64,000 bases of DNA from Eledone cirrhosa. Taxonomy: Eukaryota. The position numbers and the translations under genes were made by a program. The notes below the pieces were generated by a model. That model had not been told where the DNA came from. It ran no database searches and worked only from the letters and a program-made list of their open reading frames with translations. Shown piece by piece: positions 42,121-56,500 of this stretch. The stretch's first letter is position 1. The number at the start of each line of letters is the position of its first letter. The stretch spans positions 100,192,001 through 100,256,000 of the forward strand of contig OZ024746.1 of NCBI GenBank assembly GCA_964016885.1, in the 5' to 3' direction.

Positions 42121-42722
42121 ATAGCTATGGTGCGGCCACACTTAGAATTTGCATCACCAGTCTGGAATCCTATCTTGCTCAGAACATTGACCGCCTGGAA
42201 ACTGTTCAGAGATGTGCAACCAAGCAAATACCCTCCATCAGGCATCTACAATACTCTGAATGAACTTGCTCCCCTGGGTATGGATATATTGAAGCTCTGA
42301 CATCTGGCAACTAACTTGGTAAACACACACAAAATTATTAACCATCTTGCCAACAACAACCCTGAGTACCTTTTTGATTTCCATGTGACTAACACCCGTG
42401 GACATGCCTACAAAGTCAGAAAACAGCACAGCTCCCATGACTTTCAGAAACATTTTTTCACACTCAGAGTTGCTGAAGCATGGAACAAAAACTACCTGCA
42501 TCAGTTGTTAGCTGTCGAGACACTGCATCCTTTAAACCCTCCATGCTTCCTGAGATTCACCAACACTACACTTGATATTCCCCCTCCATTCATACATACA
42601 TGTATATCATGACTCTTCCCTGACATTTGTATATTATTCTATGTACTATACATGCACCTTTGACGAGTTGTAGTGCACCTGAGCACTGTACACAATAATT
42701 TCATTATTATTATTATTATTAT
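42121..42722 (+). mobile_element. CR1 LINE 3' end, decayed
   Basis: MVRPHLEFASPVWNP...LETVQR.ATK...NTRGHAYK...FFTLRVAEAWN; hairpin and (ATT)n tail. Confidence 0.88.
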
Positions 42723-42999
42723 TTGGTGGTGATGGTGATGGTGGGGATGGTGGTGATGGTGGTGATGGTGGTGATGGTGGTGATGGTGATGGTGGGGATG
42801 GTGGTGATGGTGGTGGTGGTGATGGTGGTGGTGGTGATGGTGGTGGTGGTGGTGGTGGTGGTGATGGTTGTGTTGGCGAAGGTGGTGCTGGTGATTCTGG
42901 TGATGGTGGTGGTGGTGGTGGTGCTGGTGATGGTGGTGCTGATGGTGATGGTGGTGGTGATGGTGATGGTGGTGGTGGTGATGGTGGTGGTGGTGGTGA
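42723..42999. repeat. (GGT/GAT)n trinucleotide repeat
   Basis: Directly visible. Confidence 0.95.
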
Positions 43000-43704
43000 A
43001 AGGGTTAATGGTAATCTTCAGTGGTGACTAATAACCCAGTAGATTATTAATAGATTACCCCTTCACTATTTAGTTAAAAGGAAGTAATTCGTTAATTAGA
43101 AACATTTTAAATATTTCTTAACCAATGTTTTCAGTAAAAATTGCTCTTTCTCACCTCTCTCTCTCTCTCCCTCTCCATATCGATCCCCTCTCCCACTATC
43201 TATCTCTCTCTCTCTCTCACCCCCTATCTCTCTCTCTATCTATCTATCTATCTATCTCTATCCCTCTCTTTCTATCGCTCTATCTCTCCCCCTCTATGTC
43301 TATCACTCTATATTTCTATCTCCCCCTCCATCTCTATATCTACCTATCTCTCTCTATCTCCAGCCTATGTAACCCACTGCTTTAACAAAACCAACCAAAA
43401 TAAAAAGTAAATCAAATTAAGTAAAGAATTAAAATAAAAATTTAAATAAAAATTTAAAAAAAACCCATTTTGTATAATTTATCTTATTTCTGACAAGCTT
43501 TATGTGAAGGAAAAACGGTTTTAATTGGGATAATGTGAGAATGAGTGCAAGGAACCTTACAAGAAATGTTGAGCTGTGAGGGCTTTGATGTTGACAAGAC
43601 AACAGTGTTAAAGCAAGGGGTCCTTCTGTTGGCAGCTACCACCAAATATTGGGACAATATCACTAAAATGTCGGTTACTTACCCTCTCCCCTTCCCTAGC
43701 AATG

Positions 43705-44797
43705 ATACACACACATACATACATACATACACATACATATGTATATACATACATATATACACATACATATACATACATATATACACATACATATACATAC
43801 ATATGTACATACACATACATACATATATACATACACATACATACATATGTACATACACATACATACATATATACATACACATACATACATATATACATAT
43901 ACATATATACATACACATACATACATATATACATACACATACATACATATATACATACACATACATACATATATACATACACATACATACATATATACAT
44001 ACACATACATACATATATACATACATATACATACATACATATACATACATATGTATATACACATACATATGTATATACACATACATACATATACATACAT
44101 ATACATATACATACATATACATATACATACATACATATACATACATACATATACATACATACACATACGTATACGTATACATACATATGTATATATACAT
44201 ACGTATACATACATACGTATACATACATATGTATATATACATACATACATATGTATATATACATACATATACATATACATACATACATATACATACATAC
44301 ACATACGTATACATACACATACATACGTATACATACATACACATACGTATACATACACATACATACGTATACATACATATGTATATATACATACGTATAC
44401 ATACATACGTATACATACATATGTATATATACATACATACATATGTATATATACATACATATGTATATATACATACATATATATGTATGTATATATACAT
44501 ATGTATATATACATACATACATATGTATGTATATATACATATGTATATATACATACATACATATGTATATATACATACATACATATGTATATATACATAC
44601 ATACATATGTATATATACATACATACATATGTATATATACATACATACATATACATACATACATATGTATATATACATACATATGTATATATACATACAT
44701 ACATATGTATATATATACGTACATACATATGTATATATACGTACATACATATGTATATATACATACATACATATGTATATATACATACATACATATG

Positions 44798-44841
<44 letters not shown>

Positions 44842-44869
44842 CATATGTATATATACATACATACATATG

Positions 44870-44927
<58 letters not shown>

Positions 44928-45533
44928 CATACATACATACATATGTATACATACATACATATGTATACATACATATGTATACATACATACATACATACAT
45001 ATGTATACATACATACATATGTATACATACATACATATGTATACATACATACATATGTATACATACATACATACATACATACATATGTATACATAAATAC
45101 ATACATATGTATACATACATACATATGTATACATACATACATATGTATACATACATACATATGTATACATACATACATATGTATACATACATACATACAT
45201 ATGTATACATACATACATATGTATACATACATACATACATATGTATGTATACATACATACATATGTATACATACATACATACATATGTATACATACATAC
45301 ATATGTATACATACATATGTATACATACATACATATGTATACATACATATGTATACATACATATGTATACATACATATGTATACATACATATGTATACAT
45401 ACATATGTATACATACATATGTATACATACATATGTATACATACATATGTATACATACATATATGTATACATACATATGTATACATACATATATGTATAC
45501 ATACATATGTATACATACATACATACATATGTA

Positions 45534-45564
<31 letters not shown>

Positions 45565-45567
45565 GTA

Positions 45568-45598
<31 letters not shown>

Positions 45599-46124
45599 GT
45601 ATACATACATTTGTATACATACATATGTATACATACATATGTATACATACATATGTATACATACATACATACATATGTATACATACATACATACATATGT
45701 ATACATACATACATACATATGTATACATACATACATACATACATATGTATACATACATACATACATATGTATGCATACATACATACATATGTATGCATAC
45801 ATACATACATATGTATACATACATACATACATATGTATACATACATACATACATACATACATATGTATGTATACATACATACATACATACATATGTATAC
45901 ATACATATGTATACATACATATGTATACATACATACATACATACATACGTATACATACATACATACATATGTATACATACATACATATGTATACATACAT
46001 ATATACATATGTATACATACATACATATGTATACATACATACATACGTATACATACATACATACGTATACATACATACATATGTATACATACATACATAT
46101 GTATACATACATACATACATACAT
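43705..46124. repeat. (TACA)n compound microsatellite
   Basis: Directly visible. Confidence 0.97.
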
Positions 46125-46738
46125 GGTGGCTGCCAACTCGTTTTCGAGTACGGCCACTACTTTATATCCATGTAGGAGAACCCCTACTGATGCGCTGAAC
46201 GAGTGTGACTTTTTAGTCTCAGCCAGCGACTTGAAAACTCTGGTACAAACACTACACTTGTGACAATTATTGACACATAGTGCTGGGCCCATGGTACCAT
46301 GTGATGACAAGCGCAGAGAGATCTCCAGATATAAAGCAATGCCTGTGCTGTGAAGCTTTTATAGTGAGGAAAGGCACTGCACAAAGCCAGTCCCACTCTC
46401 TTAACCAAGATGATATTTACCAAAAAGAAGAACAAGTCAACATCATTGGATACCATCAGGGTTGCAGGTGTTATATCAGAGTTTTCCTTCTCCTAGAATT
46501 CTGCCTTGACAAAGGCTAAGGGGTCATCTCTCCCGGTGATTTTGGATGGCCATTGACTCTTAAGAGCTCCTTTGCCCTTTGACAGGTTTTGTTTTTAGTC
46601 CTGCAGGATGTCCAAAGTCACCCTCCTCACCAAGAAACCTTGGTGGGGTTGCCAGTTTAGTCGCCAACGACCCGACCATGAGACAGGTTGTACTGGGATA
46701 CATGTTACCAGTAGCACCAACTGGTGACCTGACATGAC
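46125..46738 (-). mobile_element. Bipartite non-autonomous RTE-derived retroposon (5' UTR joined to ORF end and 3' UTR) with HDV-like head
   Basis: 5' part resembles RTE 5' UTRs (ggcgactaaactggcaacc, aaacctgtcaaagggc, ggagaaggaaaactctg); 3' part encodes a frameshifted C2H2 remnant CSVCTRVFKSLA..KSH, then ctcgaaaacgag hairpin and (ATGT)n tail. Confidence 0.65.
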
Positions 46739-47085
46739 ATATATACATACATACATACATACATACATATGTATACATACATACATACATACATACATAC
46801 ATACATACGTATATATACATACATACATACATACATACATACATACATACATACATACATACATACGTATATATACATACATACATACATACATACATAC
46901 ATACATACATACATACGTATATATACATACATACATACATACATACACATACATACGTATATATACATACATACATACATACATACACATACATACGTAT
47001 ATATACATACATACACATACATACATATATACATACGTACATATGTATATATACATACATACATATGTATACATACATACATACA

Positions 47086-47116
<31 letters not shown>

Positions 47117-47333
47117 GTATACATACATACATACATACATACATATGTATACATACATACATACATATGTATACATACATACATACATACATACATATGT
47201 ATATATACATACATACATACATACATACATATGTATATATACATACATACATACATACATATGTATATATACATACATACATACATATGTATATATACAT
47301 ACATACATACATATGTATATATACATACATACA

Positions 47334-47364
<31 letters not shown>

Positions 47365-47371
47365 GTATATA

Positions 47372-47402
<31 letters not shown>

Positions 47403-47477
47403 GTATATATACATACATACATACATACATATGTATATATACATACATACATACATACATACATATGTATATATACA

Positions 47478-47508
<31 letters not shown>

Positions 47509-47527
47509 GTATACATACATACATACA

Positions 47528-47557
<30 letters not shown>
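46739..47557. repeat. (TACA)n microsatellite
   Basis: Directly visible. Confidence 0.97.
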
Positions 47558-47558
<1 letters not shown>

Positions 47559-47994
47559 CAAATTAAAGCAAAACCGGCCTGATATTGTAGTTTGGGACCA
47601 CACATTGAAAACGTGTTCTGTTGTGGAGATCAGCTGCCCACTTGATGTAAACGTTGTCAGAAAAATACAGGAGAAGGAGGACATCTACGGACCATTGATG
47701 AGGAGCTTACAAATCCAGTATCCAAGATACACCTTTAGCTTCATACCCATCATTATTGGTGCTACGGGTTATATACCAACCCGCTTGGACCAAAGTATGA
47801 CCGAACTTGGATTTGCGGACAAAAAGCGCAGCTCCCTAATTCATAGTCTACAAATGGCTGCGATAGCTGGCACCTTCAAAATATGCAAAACATTCTTGCG
47901 ATTCAAGGGATGACAATTTCTTTTCTTTTACAACCTTGCCACCAGGAAGGTGGCCGGTCAAAAAAATATACTCGAAATTAAGAGAAAGAGAAAA
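47558..47994 (+). mobile_element. 3' end of an R4/Dong-like non-LTR retrotransposon (restriction-like endonuclease domain)
   Basis: NRPDIVVWD...VVEISCPLDVNV..K..EK...Y..L...IPIIIGATG, the PD-(D/E)xK RLE motif; open frame to the stop at 47913, short 3' UTR. Confidence 0.85.
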
Positions 47995-48474
47995 CATATG
48001 TATACATACATACATACATACATACATACATACATACATACATACATACATACATACATACATACATACATACGTATACATACATACATATGTATACATA
48101 CATACATACATACATATGTATATATACATACATACATACATACATACATATGTATATATACATACATACATATGTATATATACATACATACATACATATG
48201 TATATATACATACATACATACATATGTATATATACATACATACATACATACATACATATGTATACATACATACATACATACATACATATGTATACATACA
48301 TACATACATACATACATATGTATACATACATACATACATACATACATATGTATACATACATACATACATACATACGTACGTACGTATACATACATACATA
48401 TACATACATACATACATATGTATACATACATACATACATACATATGTATACATATGTATACATACATACATACA

Positions 48475-48505
<31 letters not shown>

Positions 48506-48848
48506 GTATACAGACATACATACGTACGTATACAGACATACATACATATGTATACATACATACATACATATGTATACATACATACATACATATGTATACA
48601 TACATACATACATATGTATACATACATACATACATATGTATACATACATACATACATATGTATATATACATACATACATATGTATACATACATACATACA
48701 TATGTATATATACATACATACATATGTATACATACATACATACATATGTATATATACATACATACATACATATGTATATATACATACATACATACATATG
48801 TATACATACATACATACATACATACATATGTATATATACATATATACA

Positions 48849-48879
<31 letters not shown>

Positions 48880-49330
48880 GTATACATACATACATACATA
48901 CATACGTATGTATACATACATACATACATATGTATATATACATACATACATACATACATACATACATACATACGTATACATACATACATACATATGTATA
49001 CATACATACATACATACATATGTATACATACATACATACATACATATGTATATATACATACATACATACATACATATGTATATATACATACATACATACA
49101 TATGTATATATACATACATACATACATATGTATATATACATACATATGCATACATACATACATACATACATATGTATATATACATATATGTATATATACA
49201 TACATACATATGCATACATACATACATACATACATACATATGTATACATACATACATACATATGCATACATACATACATACATATGTATACATACATACA
49301 TACATACATACATATGTATACATACATACA

Positions 49331-49361
<31 letters not shown>

Positions 49362-49468
49362 GTATACATACATACATACATATGTATACATACATACATA
49401 CATACATACATATGTATATATACATACATACATACATATGTATACATACATACATACATACATATGTA

Positions 49469-49499
<31 letters not shown>

Positions 49500-50116
49500 G
49501 TATATATACATACATACATACATACATATGTATATATACATACATACATACATACATATGTATATATACATACATACATACATACATATGTATATATACA
49601 TACATACATACATACATATGTATATATACATATATGTATATATACATACATACATACATACATACATATGTATATATACATACATACATACATACATATG
49701 TATACATACATACATACATATGTATATATACATACATACATACATACATATGTATACATACATACATACATATGTATATATACATACATACATACATATG
49801 TATATATACATACATACATACATACATACATATGTATATATACATACATACATACATACATACATATGTATATATACATACATACATACATATGTATATA
49901 TACATACATATGTATACATACATACATACATACATATGTATATATACATATATGTATATATACATACATACATACATATGTATATATACATACATACATA
50001 CATACATACATATGTATACATACATACATATGTATACATACATACATATGTATATATACATACATACATACATACATACATATGTATATATACATACATA
50101 CATACATATGTATATA

Positions 50117-50147
<31 letters not shown>

Positions 50148-50822
50148 GTATATATACATACATACATATGTATATATACATACATACATACATACATATG
50201 TATATATACATACATACATACATACATATGTATATATACATACATACATACATATGTATATATACATACATACATACATATGTATATATACATACATACA
50301 TATGTATATATACATACATACATACATATGTATATATACATACATACATACATATGTATATATACATACATACATATGTATATATACATACATACATATG
50401 TATGTATACATACATACATACATATGTATGTATACATACATACATACATACATATGTATATATACATACATACATACATACGTATGTATACATACATACA
50501 TACATACATATGTATATATACATACATATGTATATATACATACATATGTATATATACATACATATGTATATATACATACATATGTATATATACATACATA
50601 CATATGTATATATACATACATACATATGTATATATAGACATACATATGTATATATACATATGTATATATACATATACATACATACATATGTATATATACA
50701 TACATACATATGTATATATAGACATACATATGTATATATACATATGTATATATACATATACATACATACATACATATGTATACATACATACATATGTATA
50801 TATACATATACATACATATGTA

Positions 50823-50853
<31 letters not shown>

Positions 50854-51057
50854 GTATGTATACATACATACATACATATGTATGTATACATACATACATA
50901 CATACATATGTATGTATACATACATACATACATATGTATATATACATACATACATACATACATACATATGTATGTATACATACATACATACATATGTATG
51001 TATACATACATACATACATACATATGTATATATACATACATATACATAGATACATAT
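47995..51057. repeat. (TACA)n compound microsatellite
   Basis: Directly visible. Confidence 0.97.
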
Positions 51058-51058
51058 G

Positions 51059-51345
51059 GCCGAAGAGTAATGTGTCTGTCTTCAGTCCTTTCAACCTTCT
51101 CCACCATAGGGAGGAATATTGCCTGCCCTTCCTCACCAATAGCCGGATCCGTTCTACACGTGACAACAGCTATTTCACATAACTCCAGAAGTCAGTAATG
51201 GACATTGGACGAGTGCATGCAGAACGATTTCGTCGCTCTGTGCACATCTCGAGCAGGTCCGTCGGACAGCACTTCCATGCCTGTAGAGGTTATCTCAAAC
51301 CAGCAGTGCCCCTTAAGCAAGGGATTTCTGGAGGTTATCCATCGT
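51059..51345 (-). mobile_element. L1/Tx1-type ORF2 C-terminal zinc-knuckle fragment
   Basis: Minus translation ALLV*DNLYRHGSAVRRTCSRCAQSDEIVLHALVQCP (CCHC motif). Confidence 0.65.
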
Positions 51346-51380
51346 CCCCAGCAATTCTTTCCCCGAGATATTCTAACCAC

Positions 51381-52888
51381 ATGCCCTTAGTATCGTAGCG
51401 GCACTACCTGGAGTAACTGTCTGAGCTATGCCCTTAGTATCGTAGCGGCACTACCTGGAGTAACTGTCTGAGCTATGCCCTTAGTATCGTAGCGGCACTA
51501 TCTGGAGTAACTGTCTGAGCTATGCCCTTAGTATCGTAGCGGCACTACCTGGAGTAACTGTCTGAGCCATGCCCTTAGTATCGTAGCGGCACTACCTGGA
51601 GTAACTGTCTGAGCTATGCCCTTAGTATCGTAGCGGCACTATCTGGAGTAACTGTCTGAGCTATGCCCCTAGTATCGTAGCGGCACTACCTGGAGTAACT
51701 GTCTGAGCTATGCCCTTAGTATCGTAGCGGCACTACCTGGAGTAACTGTCTGAGCTATGCCCTTAGTATCGTAGCGGCACTACCTGGAGTAACTGTCTGA
51801 GCTATGCCCCTAGTATCGTAGCGGCACTACCTGGAGTAACTGTCTGAGCTATGCCCCTAGTATCGTAGCGGCACTACCTGGAGTAACTGTCTGAGCTATG
51901 CCCTTAGTATCGTAGCGGCACTACCTGGAGTAACTGTCTGAGCTATGCCCCTAGTATCGTAGCGGCACTACCTGGAGTAACTGTCTGAGCTATGCCCTTA
52001 GTATCGTAGCGGCTCTACCTGGAGTAACTGTCCGAGCTATGCCCTTAGTATCGTAGCGGCTCTACCTGGAGTAACTGTCCGAGCTATGCCCCTAGTATCG
52101 TAGCGGCACTACCTGGAGTAACTGTCTGAGCTATGCCCTTAGTATCGTAGCGGCACTACCTGGAGTAACTGTCTGAGCTATGCCCCTAGTATCGTAGCGG
52201 CACTACCTGGAGTAACTGTCTGAGCTATGCCCCTAGTATCGTAGCGGCACTACCTGGAGTAACTGTCTGAGCTATGCCCTTAGTATCGTAGCGGCACTAC
52301 CTGGAGTAACTGTCTGAGCTATGCCCCTAGTATCGTAGCGGCACTACCTGGAGTAACTGTCTGAGCTATGCCCCTAGTATCGTAGCGGCACTACCTGGAG
52401 TAACTGTCTGAGCTATGCCCTTAGTATCGTAGCGGCACTACCTGGAGTAACTGTCTGAGCTATGCCCCTAGTATCGTAGCGGCACTACCTGGAGTAACTG
52501 TCTGAGCTATGCCCCTAGTATCGTAGCGGCACTACCTGGAGTAACTGTCTGAGCTATGCCCTTAGTATCGTAGCGGCACTACCTGGAGTAACTGTCTGAG
52601 CTATGCCCCTAGTATCGTAGCGGCACTACCTGGAGTAACTGTCTGAGCTATGCCCCTAGTATCGTAGCGGCACTACCTGGAGTAACTGTCTGAGCTATGC
52701 CCTTAGTATCGTAGCGGCACTACCTGGAGTAACTGTCTGAGCTATGCCCCTAGTATCGTAGCGGCACTACCTGGAGTAACTGTCTGAGCTATGCCCCTAG
52801 TATCGTAGCGGCACTACCTGGAGTAACTGTCCGAGCTATGCCCTTAGTATCGTAGCGGCACTACCTGGAGTAACTGTCTGAGCTATGC
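51381..52888. repeat. 47-bp minisatellite, ~32 copies, inside a decayed RTE ORF
   Basis: Unit atgccc(t/c)tagtatcgtagcggcactacctggagtaactgtctgagct. Confidence 0.97.
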
Positions 52889-52990
52889 ACTTTATTGACC
52901 CTCCAGAGGAACCTCATTTTGGCTGCTTGTATTCGTGATTGTATTCTTTCAGTGATGACCATAGGTAAGGGTTGTCACAAAAACCGAAAT
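52889..52990 (-). mobile_element. RTE (Expander/Rex3-like) ORF remnant
   Basis: Minus translation SVFVTTLTYGH/TERIQSRIQAAKMRFLWRV; the other flank of the satellite reads GHVVRI. Confidence 0.7.
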
Positions 52991-53110
52991 ACTGCAAGAC
53001 ATTTCATCGGACTAGAACAATTCTACCAAACCATTAATAAATTATAATGATAAAAACAAAAGCAAAAAAAGAATAATGAAAATTGTAATTAGCAGACATC
53101 AGCACTTGTA

Positions 53111-53459
53111 CTCTCAAGTCTCAAATAATCGCCATCACCTATTCATTTTCCAGATTTTTTCCGACTCTGTTTATTAAATTTTGCTAATCTATCTCCAGCA
53201 AAATTATATTTTAGGTGGTAGCATTCCTGCGACCATTTTCTTCACATTAAAAGACATTATATACGACAAAAAATAACATTACAAGAAATCACATACATTA
53301 TAAAATAAATAGGATAGGTTTGGAGAGGGGTCTCAATAAGTAAACTAAATGATTAATTGTGGTTTCTTTTAAATCAATGGAGACAACCAAGAAAAATTAT
53401 CGATTTTCCAACCTCCTCAATTATTCACCCCCCGCCCCTTATTATTTGGGACCTGATAG
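53111..53459. mobile_element. Tc1/mariner-type MITE
   Basis: TA-ctctcaagtctcaaataat ... attatttgggacctgatag-TA imperfect TIRs. Confidence 0.65.
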
Positions 53460-53516
53460 TATGGCTGTGTGGCTATAAAGTTTGATTCACAAACGGGTGG
53501 CTCCAGGTTTGATCTC

Positions 53517-56500
53517 ACCACTTCTAAGCCCCACCGGTTCTAGGCCCCACAACTCCTAGCCCCTACCACTCCTAGGAGGGGTAGGGGCTAGCCGCCACCA
53601 CTTCTAGCCGCCACCACCACCACCACTTCTAGCCACCACCACCACCACTTCTAGCCATCACCACCACTTCTAGCCACCACCACCACCACTTCTAGCCACC
53701 ACCACCACTTCTAGCCACCACCACTTCTAGCCACCACCACTTCTAGCCACCACCACCACTTCTAGCCGCCACCACCACCACTTCTAGCCGCCACCACCAC
53801 CACCACTTCTAGCCACCACCACCACCACTTCTAGCCACCACCACCACTTCTAGCCGCCACCACTTCTAGCCACCACCACTTCTAGCCACCACCACTTCTA
53901 GCCACCACCACTTCTAGCCTCCACCACTTCTAGCCTCCACCACCACTTCTAGCCTCCACCACCACTTCTAGCCACCACCACTTCTAGCCACCACCACTTC
54001 TAGCCTCCACCACTTCTAGCCTCCACCACCACTTCTAGCCTCCACCACCACTTCTAGCCACCACCACTTCTAGCCACCACCACCACTTCTAGCCACCACC
54101 ACTTCTAGCCACCACCACCACTTCTAGCCACCACCACCACTTCTAGCCACCACCACCACTTCTAGCCACCACCACCACTTCTAGCCACCACCACTTCTAG
54201 CCACCACCACTTCTAGCCGCCACCACCACTTCTAGCCACCACCACCACTTCTAGCCACCACCACCACTTCTAGCCACCACCACCACTTCTAGCCACCACC
54301 ACCACTTCTAGCCACCACCACTTCTAGCCGCCACCACCACTTCTAGCCTCCACCACCACTTCTAGCCTCCACCACTTCTAGCCACCACCACTTCTAGCCA
54401 CCACCACTTCTAGCCACCACCACTTCTAGCCTCCACCACCACTTCTAGCCTCCACCACTTCTAGCCACCACCACTTCTAGCCACCACCACTTCTAGCCTC
54501 CACCACTTCTAGCCGCCACCACCACTTCTAGCCTCCACCACTTCTAGCCACCACCACTTCTAGCCACCACCACTTCTAGCCACCACCACTTCTAGCCACC
54601 ACCACTTCTAGCCGCCACCACCACTTCTAGCCTCCACCACTTCTAGCCACCACCACTTCTAGCCACCACCACTTCTAGCCACCACCACTTCTAGCCACCA
54701 CCACTTCTAGCCACCACCACTTCTAGCCTCCACCACCACTTCTAGCCTCCACCACTTCTAGCCACCACCACTTCTAGCCACCACCACTTCTAGCCTCCAC
54801 CACTTCTAGCCGCCACCACCACTTCTAGCCTCCACCACTTCTAGCCACCACCACCACTTCTAGCCTCCACCACTTCTAGCCGCCACCACCACTTCTAGCC
54901 TCCACCACTTCTAGCCACCACCACCACTTCTAGCCTCCACCACTTCTAGCCACCACCACTTCTAGCCACCACCACTTCTAGCCTCCACCACTTCTAGCCA
55001 CCACCACCACTTCTAGCCTCCACCACTTCTAGCCGCCACCACCACTTCTAGCCTCCACCACTTCTAGCCACCACCACCACTTCTAGCCTCCACCACTTCT
55101 AGCCACCACCACTTCTAGCCACCACCACTTCTAGCCACCACCACTTCTAGCCACCACCACTTCTAGCCTCCACCATCACTTCTAGCCTCCACCACTTCTA
55201 GCCACCACCACTTCTAGCCACCACCACTTCTAGCCACCACCACTTCTAGCCACCACCACTTCTAGCCACCACCACTTCTAGCCACCACCACTTCTAGCCA
55301 CCACCATCACTTCTAGCCTCCACCATCACTTCTAGCCACCACCACTTCTAGCCTCCACCACTTCTAGCCACCACCACTTCTAGCCTCCACCACCACTTCT
55401 AGCCACCACCACTTCTAGCCACCACCACTTCTAGCCACCACCACTTCTAGCCACCACCACCACTTCTAGCCACCACCACTTCTAGCCACCACCACTTCTA
55501 GCCACCACCACTTCTAGCCACCACCACTTCTAGCCTCCACCATCACTTCTAGCCTCCACCATCACTTCTAGCCTCCACCACTTCTAGCCACCACCACTTC
55601 TAGCCACCACCACTTCTAGCCACCACCACTTCTAGCCTCCACCACTTCTAGCCACCACCACTTCTAGCCACCACCACTTCTAGCCACCACCACTTCTAGC
55701 CTCCACCACCACTTCTAGCCGCCTCCACCACTTCTAGCCACCACCACCACTTCTAGCCACCACCACCACTTCTAGCCACCACCACCACTTCTAGCCACCA
55801 CCACCACTTCTAGCCACCACCACCACTTCTAGCCACCACCACTTCTAGCCACCACCACTTCTAGCCTCCACCACTTCTAGCCACCACCACCACTTCTAGC
55901 CTCCACCACCACTTCTAGCCTCCACCACTTCTAGCCTCCACCACCACTTCTAGCCTCCACCACTTCTAGCCACCACCACCACTTCTAGCCACCACCACCA
56001 CTTCTAGCCACCACCACCACTTCTAGCCACCACCACCACTTCTAGCCGCCACCACTTCTAGCCGCCACCACTTCTAGCCGCCACCACTTCTAGCCGCCAC
56101 CACTTCTAGCCACCACCACCACCACTTCTAGCCACCACCACCACTTCTAGCCTCCACCACCACTTCTAGCCCCCACCACCACCACTTCTAGCCACCACCC
56201 CACTTCTAGCCTCCACCACCACTTCTAGCCGCCACCACTTCTAGCCGCCACCACTTCTAGCCGCCACCACTTCTAGCCACCACCACCACCACTTCTAGCC
56301 TCCACCACCACTTCTAGCCGCCACCACTTCTAGCCACCACCACCACTTCTAGCCTCCACCACCACTTCTAGCCGCCACCACTTCTAGCCGCCACCACTTC
56401 TAGCCACCACCACCACCACTTCTAGCCTCCACCACCACTTCTAGCCACCACCACCACTTCTAGCCACCACCACTTCTAGCCGCCACCACTTCTAGCCGCC

